Source of the DNA: a virus
Lineage: Duplodnaviria > Caudoviricetes
Virus record (IMG/VR): IMGVR_UViG_3300043443_000649
Coordinates: 1 to 42,620 of that record
Length of the DNA stretch: 42,620 nucleotides
Reading direction: 5' to 3' (one strand)
In this document: one piece after another, positions 36,621 to 42,620 of the stretch
Numbering within the stretch: position 1 is the stretch's first letter
Layout of the letters: each line of letters begins with the position of its first letter
The notes under the pieces: generated by a model
Told to the model about the DNA's origin: nothing
What the model saw: only the letters and a program-made list of their open reading frames with translations
The model's database searches: none
Program-made: the position numbers and the translations under genes

Positions 36621-37766
36621 ATGACTATCACGACCCTGCCAGCGCCGCCCACCCGGGCGGACGCGACCAATTTCAATGCGCGCGCCGATGCCTTCCTCTC
36701 AGCGCTCCCGACATTCGTCTCGGAAGCCAATGCGCTGGCGGGCGAAGTGAACGGCTATGCCAGTACGGCTGCGGCCAGCGCTGCCACGGCGACCAATGCG
36801 CCCGGGACCAGTGCGACCAGCACCACCGGCCTTGCTGTAGGAGCTGGGTCGAAGTCGTTGACGATACAGACAGGCAAAGCCCTGGTCGTGGGACAGTGGG
36901 TCACCATCACTTCGACGGCGACGTCAGCCAACTGGATGCATGGCCAAGTCACAACCTATAACAGCGGCACGGGCGCACTCACGGTCAATGTGTCAGCGAT
37001 TGGCGGAAGCGGCACCTATGGAGCCTGGACCATCGGCCTCAGCGCGCCATCCCAGTCGAGCGCTGCGCTCCTATCGACCTCAAGCTATGCTGACCCTACC
37101 TGGTTGACCTCGCTGGCCGCCTCAAAGCTCACCGGCACCGTGCTCATTGCAGGCGGCGGTACGGGCGCGACGACCGGGGCCGATGCGCGCACCAACCTGG
37201 ATGTCCCTTCGCGCTCGGGTGTGGGGGCAACAGGTACTTGGGGGATCTCGATCAGTGGCAATGCCGCAAGCGCCAATACGGCGACGACTGCTACCGTTTC
37301 GGGCACAGCCAATGCCCTTAACACATCAAGCTCATATCAAGTGGGTTCGTTCGGGATCGGGACCGCTGCATCTGGCGTCGCCGGTGAAATCCGCGCCACC
37401 GGCGACATCACCGCGTTCTTTGCCTCGGACGCGCGGCTTAAGGAAAACGTCCGTCCGATCGACGGTGCGCTTGGTGCCGTGCTCGCAATTGGCGGCAAGA
37501 CCTTTGATTGGCGCGACAGCCATATCGCAGCGCGGGGCGGTGAAGACGGCCTTTTCGTGCGCAAAGCCGACTTCGGGGTGATTGCGCAGGACGTCGCGCG
37601 CGCCTTCCCGCTCGCGGTCTGTACGCGGCCTGACGGCCACCTCGCGGTCGATTACGCCAAGCTGGCCGCGCTCGCGTTCCAGGCCATCGTCGAACTCAAA
37701 GCCCAGGTTGATGATCTGCGCGTGCAGCTGTCTTCATTGCCCATAGCTGGAGCCGCCGATGCCTGA
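36621..37766 (+). CDS. Tail fibre with C-terminal S74-type intramolecular chaperone
   Basis: Thr/Ser/Gly-rich shaft; SDARLKENV..GVIAQDV..VDY followed by a coiled coil. Confidence 0.85.
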   Translation: MTITTLPAPPTRADATNFNARADAFLSALPTFVSEANALAGEVNGYASTAAASAATATNAPGTSATSTTGLAVGAGSKSLTIQTGKALVVGQWVTITSTATSANWMHGQVTTYNSGTGALTVNVSAIGGSGTYGAWTIGLSAPSQSSAALLSTSSYADPTWLTSLAASKLTGTVLIAGGGTGATTGADARTNLDVPSRSGVGATGTWGISISGNAASANTATTATVSGTANALNTSSSYQVGSFGIGTAASGVAGEIRATGDITAFFASDARLKENVRPIDGALGAVLAIGGKTFDWRDSHIAARGGEDGLFVRKADFGVIAQDVARAFPLAVCTRPDGHLAVDYAKLAALAFQAIVELKAQVDDLRVQLSSLPIAGAADA

Positions 37767-37974
37767 GCAGGATCCCGCCGTAGAAATGGCGCTCATCCGG
37801 GCCGACCTCGAGGCAGTCCAGGAGGAGCTCAAGGCAGTGCGCAGGGAACTCAAGGATCTGCTCGACGCCTGGAACACTGCCACCGGCGTCGTGCGCTTCG
37901 TCAAGTGGCTCTCGACCCTGGTCGCAGCGATCGCGGTGATTACGGCCGCGTTCAAAGGCTTTTCAGGCCGCTAA
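37759..37974 (+). CDS. Coiled-coil + one TM protein, holin/antiholin candidate
   Basis: Immediately upstream of the endolysin; C-terminal TM segment. Confidence 0.55.
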   Translation: MPEQDPAVEMALIRADLEAVQEELKAVRRELKDLLDAWNTATGVVRFVKWLSTLVAAIAVITAAFKGFSGR

Positions 37975-37994
37975 CCTCTCGAAGGAGAATATCC

Positions 37995-38534
37995 ATGAAC
38001 CCGCTACCGCCAGCGTACCGCTGGCTTGATGATCTGCAACCACTGCCAAAGATGGTGGCGGAAGCGCGAAAGCTTTTCGGTACTGTCGAAGCCAAAGGCG
38101 CCGCCGACAATCCGGTGATTCTGGGCTGGGCCAAGGAGCTGGGGCTGGCCAAGATCTACAACCATGATGAGATCCCTTGGTGCGGACTGTTCACAGCCAT
38201 TGTCGCTAAACGAGCAGGCAAAGCGCTGCCGAGCCAGCCGCTCTGGGCGAGGAGCTGGGTGAACTTCGGCAAGGACGGGAGCGCTAAGCCGCAGCTCGGC
38301 GATGTGCTTGTCTTTCGCCGCGGTGATACCTCTGGCCATGTCGGGCTTTACATCGGCGAGGACTACGGCGCCTTTCATGTGCTGGGCGGGAACCAGTCGG
38401 ATGGCGTGACTATCACCCGCATCGGTAGGGATCGCTGCATCGCGGTCCGCCGCCCGGTTTACAAGGCAGCCCCCGCGACCGCGAAGCCGGTTGAACTGGC
38501 AGCGACGGGGGTGCTCTCCGTGAGCGAAGCCTGA
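37995..38534 (+). CDS. Endolysin, TIGR02594-like (CHAP/NlpC-type)
   Basis: DEIPWCGLF, ARSW, GHVGLY and VLGGNQSD motifs. Confidence 0.85.
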   Translation: MNPLPPAYRWLDDLQPLPKMVAEARKLFGTVEAKGAADNPVILGWAKELGLAKIYNHDEIPWCGLFTAIVAKRAGKALPSQPLWARSWVNFGKDGSAKPQLGDVLVFRRGDTSGHVGLYIGEDYGAFHVLGGNQSDGVTITRIGRDRCIAVRRPVYKAAPATAKPVELAATGVLSVSEA

Positions 38535-38571
38535 TCCACCCATCCATTGCGCATTGCAGATGGATCATCCC

Positions 38572-38597
38572 GCCCGCCTTTCGGCGGGCTTTTCTTT
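38572..38597 (+). terminator. Intrinsic terminator-like hairpin
   Basis: GCCCGCC-TTTC-GGCGGGC-TTTTCTTT. Confidence 0.7.
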
Positions 38598-38608
38598 GGA
38601 GAAATGAC

Positions 38609-38803
38609 ATGGAAGACCTCAAACCCTGGTGGACATCCAAGGCCATCTGGACCGGCGTCATCGGCAGCCTTTGGGGCGTTGCCGGCACGCTTGGCGTTCT
38701 GCCCACTGGGCTCGATCAGGCTGATGTCCTGACTGTGGTTCTGGCGCTGACCGGCATCGGCGGCGTCCTCTTTCGCAAGACGGCGACGGCTCGCATCGGC
38801 TGA
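38609..38803 (+). CDS. Holin-like two-TM protein
   Basis: KPWWTSKAIW, two hydrophobic segments, basic C-terminus. Confidence 0.65.
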   Translation: MEDLKPWWTSKAIWTGVIGSLWGVAGTLGVLPTGLDQADVLTVVLALTGIGGVLFRKTATARIG

Positions 38804-38859
38804 TTTCAAGGGTGGGGGCTACGGCTCCCGCCCCCCTCTTTTCCCAATCAGGTGCATCG

Positions 38860-39171
38860 ATGACCAGGCTGACCATTCGGCGGGGCGGCACGAGGCGGCT
38901 GCGCGCTACTCTTTATGCAGATCTGTCCGCCGGGACGCGGCGGAACCTTACCGGCCTTGCCGTGCTCGTCGTTGATCAGAGCCCGAACATTGCCGCGCCC
39001 TTAGTTTCGATCCGCGTGCCTGCCACCGACGGCGAAATCGAAGTGCTCTGGAGCGATGAGCAGACCGCTGGACTCAAGCCCGGGGCGGGGCGGGTCTGGC
39101 TGATGATTGGTCTGGAAAATGACAGCGGGGAGCGTGAGGTCCTGCCGACCTTCACGTTTGATGTCCTGTGA
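38860..39171 (+). CDS. Small Ig-like/BppU-like fibre attachment protein (putative)
   Basis: LTIRRG.T...NLTG...GEIEV.WSDEQTAGL pattern; heads the fibre cluster. Confidence 0.5.
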   Translation: MTRLTIRRGGTRRLRATLYADLSAGTRRNLTGLAVLVVDQSPNIAAPLVSIRVPATDGEIEVLWSDEQTAGLKPGAGRVWLMIGLENDSGEREVLPTFTFDVL

Positions 39172-39428
39172 ACGGCGGTATCCAGATCCTCGAGACCGTG
39201 CAGACGATCGTCGTCGAGACCGAGGGCATCGCCGGGCCCAAGGGCGAAACTGGCGCCACCGGTCCTCCGGGCGAGCAAGGGCCGCCAGGCCCGCTCAGCA
39301 ATCTCAACGACCTCGCTGATGTCGAGGCCAGTGCGCCCGAAGGCGGCGACATCCTGACTTTCTCGTCCCCGGACAACCGGTGGACCAACACGAATTCGGC
39401 CAGATTGGTCGATGGAGGTAATTTCTGA
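39168..39428 (+). CDS. Short collagen-like fibre adaptor
   Basis: About 7 Gly-X-Y repeats, LNDLADV, ends DGGNF. Confidence 0.75.
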   Translation: MNGGIQILETVQTIVVETEGIAGPKGETGATGPPGEQGPPGPLSNLNDLADVEASAPEGGDILTFSSPDNRWTNTNSARLVDGGNF

Positions 39429-40969
39429 TGGCCAATACCCTGCGTATCAAGCGCCGGGCCGCAGGCGGCCCGGCCGGTGCTCCGACCTCGCTTGCCAATG
39501 CTGAGCTCGCATTCAACGAACAGGACAACACCCTCTACTATGGTACCGGCACGGGCGGTGCTGGCGGCAGCGCCACCTCCGTCATTGCCATCGGCGGGCC
39601 CGGGGCATTTGTCGGGCTGTCGGGCGACCAGACCATCGCCGGGGCCAAGACCTTCTCCGCCACGATTTCCGGCTCGATCGATGGCAATGCGGGGACCGCG
39701 ACCAAGCTGGCGACCGCGCGGACTTTCTCCATCACGGGAGACGCCGCGGGCTCGACAAGCTTTGATGGTTCGGCCAACGCCTCGATTGCGCTGACCCTCG
39801 CTAATTCCGGCGCGACCGCCGGAACCTATGGCTCTGCGACGCAGGTTGGTCAGGTGACGGTCGATGCCAAGGGGCGTGTGACCGCGGCCAGCAATGTCTC
39901 GATCACGTTCCCGGTCATGTCCGTTGCAGGACGCACCGGTGCCATCACGCTTTCCACATCCGATGTCTCGGAAGGCACCAACCTCTATTACACGGACGCC
40001 CGGGTCCGGGCGAACCGGCTTGATCAGCTGGCCGCCCCGACGTCTGCGCTGGGCCTCAACAACCAGCGGATTACCGGTCTCGCAGATCCGGCCGCGGCGC
40101 AGGATGCTGCGACCAAGAATTACGTCGATCTCACCGTGCAGGGTCTCGATCCCAAAGCTTCGGTCAAGGCAGCGTCTACCGCGAACATCGCTTCGCTTTC
40201 CGGGACCATGACCATCGACGGGGTGGCACTGGTGGCAGGCGACCGCGTGCTGGTGAAGGACCAGACCACAACGTCCGCGAACGGCGTCTATGTGGTTGCC
40301 GCTGGTGCTTGGGCCCGCGCACTCGATCTCTCGACCTGGGATGAGCATGTCTCGGCATACCTCTTCGTCGAGCAGGGTACGGTGAATGCCGACGTTGGCT
40401 ATCTCTGCACCGTTGATGCAGGTGGCACGCTCGGCACCACCGCGATTACCTTCGTCCAGTTCAACGGCGCGGGTCAGGTGGTTGCCGGCAATGGTCTCAC
40501 CAAGACGGGGAACACCATTGATGTCGGGGCAGGCACCGGTATTGCTGTGGCGGCTGACACGGTCGCGCTGACTGGTCAGGCCCTCGCGCTGCACAACCTT
40601 GCTACCAATGGCATTATTGCCCGCACGGGATCTGGAACGGTTGCTGGGCGGACGCTGACAGCCGGTTCAACCAAGATCGCTGTCACCAACGGCGACGGCG
40701 TTGCTGGAAACCCAACCGTGGACGTCAACGAAGCGAACCTGACCCTTGGCAACATTGGCGGCACGCTGGGCGTGGCCAAGGGCGGTTCGGGGACGACCAC
40801 GCTGACCGGCTATCTCAAGGGCAATGGCATTGCCGCGTTCACAGCGTCTGCGACGATCCCCAATACGGACATTTCGGGCCTCGGCACTATGTCGACGCAG
40901 GCAGCCAGCTCGGTCGCGATTACCGGCGGTTCCATCGACGGAATTACTCTTGATGGTGGTACGTTCTGA
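39428..40969 (+). CDS. Fibre shaft protein
   Basis: N-terminal docking-type domain (LRIKR..L..AELAFNE), [22 protein letters not shown]; ends DGGTF. Confidence 0.8.
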   Translation: MANTLRIKRRAAGGPAGAPTSLANAELAFNEQDNTLYYGTGTGGAGGSATSVIAIGGPGAFVGLSGDQTIAGAKTFSATISGSIDGNAGTATKLATARTFSITGDAAGSTSFDGSANASIALTLANSGATAGTYGSATQVGQVTVDAKGRVTAASNVSITFPVMSVAGRTGAITLSTSDVSEGTNLYYTDARVRANRLDQLAAPTSALGLNNQRITGLADPAAAQDAATKNYVDLTVQGLDPKASVKAASTANIASLSGTMTIDGVALVAGDRVLVKDQTTTSANGVYVVAAGAWARALDLSTWDEHVSAYLFVEQGTVNADVGYLCTVDAGGTLGTTAITFVQFNGAGQVVAGNGLTKTGNTIDVGAGTGIAVAADTVALTGQALALHNLATNGIIARTGSGTVAGRTLTAGSTKIAVTNGDGVAGNPTVDVNEANLTLGNIGGTLGVAKGGSGTTTLTGYLKGNGIAAFTASATIPNTDISGLGTMSTQAASSVAITGGSIDGITLDGGTF

Positions 40970-41829
40970 TGGCGAACACTATCCTGCTCAAACGGTCCTC
41001 GACCGCCTCAAGCGTGCCTGCAGCCGGCTCGCTTCAGGCCGGGGAGCTGGCCGTCAATCTGGCCGATCAGAAGCTTTATTCTAAGACCGCCGGCGGCACT
41101 GTGGTGCAGGTCGGGTTCGGCAATCTGACATCAGCGATGGTGACAACCGCGCTTGGGTTCACGCCCTACAACGCTACCAACCCCAGTGGTTACATCACCA
41201 GCAGTGGATCGATTACCGGCTCCGCCGGATCTTGCACGGGCAATGCCGCGACCGCGACCAAGTGGGCAACCGGGCGGACCATTGCGCTCACTGGCGACGT
41301 GAGCGGGACCAGCGCTGCCTTTGACGGATCTGCCGCGCTCTCATTTGCAACAACGCTGGCGAACTCTGGCGTAACGGCTGGGACCTACAATAAGGTCACG
41401 GTCGATTCCAAAGGACGGGTTACTACCGGCGCTTCGCTTGCGTCCGCAGATGTGGCTGGAGCCCTTGGGTATACCCCTGCAAACAAGGCTGGAGAGAGTT
41501 TTAATGGCTCGATTTCTGTGAGCGGGACGATCACTGCGACCGGCGACATCACCGCCTATTCTGATGAAACTCTCAAGAGTGACATTAGGACCATCTCGGG
41601 CGCTCTGGATCTCGTCGCCAGCATGCGCGGGGTCACCTTTACCCGGATCGACACAGGGCTTCGCGGTGTTGGCGTGGTCGCCCAGGAACTGGCGGCAGTC
41701 ATCCCAGAGGCAGTTCTGGCTCACGATGATGGCTTGTTCTCGGTTGCCTACGGCAATCTGGTTGGCGTTCTGATTGAGGCGGTGAAGGACCTCGCCGGCA
41801 AGGTCGAGCTCCTTGAGGCCAGAACATGA
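40969..41829 (+). CDS. Distal fibre subunit with S74-type chaperone (T-even gp37-like layout)
   Basis: N-terminal ILLKRS...P...L..GELAVNL.D.KLY; C-terminal SDETLK..GVVAQE..VAYGNLVGVLIEAVK. Confidence 0.82.
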   Translation: MANTILLKRSSTASSVPAAGSLQAGELAVNLADQKLYSKTAGGTVVQVGFGNLTSAMVTTALGFTPYNATNPSGYITSSGSITGSAGSCTGNAATATKWATGRTIALTGDVSGTSAAFDGSAALSFATTLANSGVTAGTYNKVTVDSKGRVTTGASLASADVAGALGYTPANKAGESFNGSISVSGTITATGDITAYSDETLKSDIRTISGALDLVASMRGVTFTRIDTGLRGVGVVAQELAAVIPEAVLAHDDGLFSVAYGNLVGVLIEAVKDLAGKVELLEART

Positions 41830-42080
41830 CCCTCCAGTCGTCAGGGGCGATTTCGCTCTGCAACGTCGCAACTGAGCTTGGCCGCGCATCAGGCACGATG
41901 ACCTCTCTGGTGGAAGCGGCAGTGCGCAGCCTGGCAGGCGTGGTATCGGGACCGATCTCGCTGTCCGGTCTTTACGGCAAGTCGAGCGAAAGCTTCTGGC
42001 ATGCAAGCCTTGGCGCCGGCGCGTTCAACTATCGGTTGCTCGGGACTGACAGCAGCGGGAATATCTACGCATGTGCCAGC
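41826..42080 (+). pseudogene. Fibre-tip adhesin (gp38-like anchor), truncated by an IS3 fragment
   Basis: ATGA overlap with the fibre gene; MTLQSSGAISL...ISLSGLYGKS; after TDSSGNIYAC the DNA becomes antisense transposase. Confidence 0.72.
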
Positions 42081-42442
42081 ATGCGTCTCGCATATCTCCT
42101 TGATGCGTTTTTTGAGCAGGGCCGGATCGGTGCGGTGGGATTTGTAATGGTAGGTCGAGGTGTCGACGGGCAAGAACCTTGCAGGCCCTTCTGATCGACA
42201 CACCCCAATCCGCCAGCATCCCATCCACGAGCTCGCGCTTGCGATCCGGCATCAGAGCTTTCGCTTGATAACATCCTGCAGCATCTCGCGATCAAGCGTC
42301 AGGTCCGCCACAATCCGCTTGAGCCGCGCATTCTCATCCTCGAGCTCGCGAAGCCGACGCATCTCGGTCGGCAAAAGCCCTGCGTATTTCTTCTTCCAGT
42401 TGAAGTAAGTTGCCTGGCTGATCCCTGCCTTCCGGCAGACCT
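42080..42442 (-). pseudogene. IS3-family transposase fragment (end of orfA and frameshifted start of orfB)
   Basis: VCRKAGISQATYFNWKKKY...LEDENARLKRIVADL.LD..MLQDVIKRKL*; then WGVSIRRAC / STYHY..LKKRIKEI. Confidence 0.88.
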
Positions 42443-42493
42443 TGCACTGCTACCCAACCCTGGACCGCCCGTAGCTAGAGTTTTGCACCTCGC
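42443..42493 (-). mobile_element. Isolated right end of a second IS3-family element
   Basis: Plus strand TGCACTGCTACCCAACCCTGGACC..TAGAGTTT, similar to the end at 42494. Confidence 0.6.
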
Positions 42494-42620
42494 TGATCCG
42501 ACACCATTCTCTGGACCACCCGGGGTTAGAGTTTCCCGGCCATTATCACGGTGACGGGCTGGGTGCGTCACCGGGATTCATCAGCGTGATCGGGGGCTTG
42601 TTGCCGATGGCACCATGCGG
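42494..42620 (-). mobile_element. 3' end and right inverted repeat of a third IS3-family element (continues beyond the window)
   Basis: OrfB C-terminus PHGAIGNKPP...*, then an end reading TGATCCGACACC..CTGGACC..TAGAGTTT on the plus strand. Confidence 0.78.

Larger units (their letters stand above)
1..42080. mobile_element. Temperate siphophage prophage with HK97-like head; left att beyond the window, right end damaged by IS debris
   Basis: Ordered integration, immunity, replication, packaging, head, tail and lysis modules. Confidence 0.95.

Noticed and set aside
18112-41985. Diversity-generating retroelement or invertible shufflon behind the two adhesins
   Set aside because: No reverse transcriptase or adjacent invertase; differences are not adenine-specific; both copies are in the same orientation
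42080-42194. C-terminus of the 122-aa ORF 41826-42194
   Set aside because: Read-through into antisense transposase DNA; not real adhesin sequence

Overview
The window is a largely complete temperate siphophage (prophage) with an HK97-type head and GC-rich coding DNA. The gene content looks alphaproteobacterial, probably sphingomonad (inference). Left to right it contains: (1) a leftward integration module (unknown ORF, large serine recombinase, DUF2924-like, small ORF); (2) a cI/cro switch with a duplicated operator; (3) recombination and replication genes (AAA ATPase, DUF669-like SSB, Cas4-like exonuclease, SF2 helicase, RepB-primase/helicase fusion); (4) a cargo island (two unknown ORFs, DUF2188, PIN + HTH TA pair) and a candidate iteron origin; (5) RuvC-like, late regulator and HNH genes; (6) a second cargo block (decayed tRNA-CAT, lipoprotein, IS21 remnant, orphan fibre-tip adhesin cassette, DNA methyltransferase, HigBA); (7) terminase, portal, protease, capsid and neck/tail genes, with a RES-Xre TA pair inserted and a -1 frameshift chaperone; (8) tape measure, fibre, lysis genes and a second multi-gene fibre chain whose terminal adhesin is truncated by nested IS3-family debris. 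The most notable observations are a modular fibre chain with repeated DGGxF-stop/start-MANT junctions, and a spare adhesin paralogue about 24 kb away that shares the anchor domain of the broken one but has a different head. All family assignments come from recognising motifs by eye, not from database searches.
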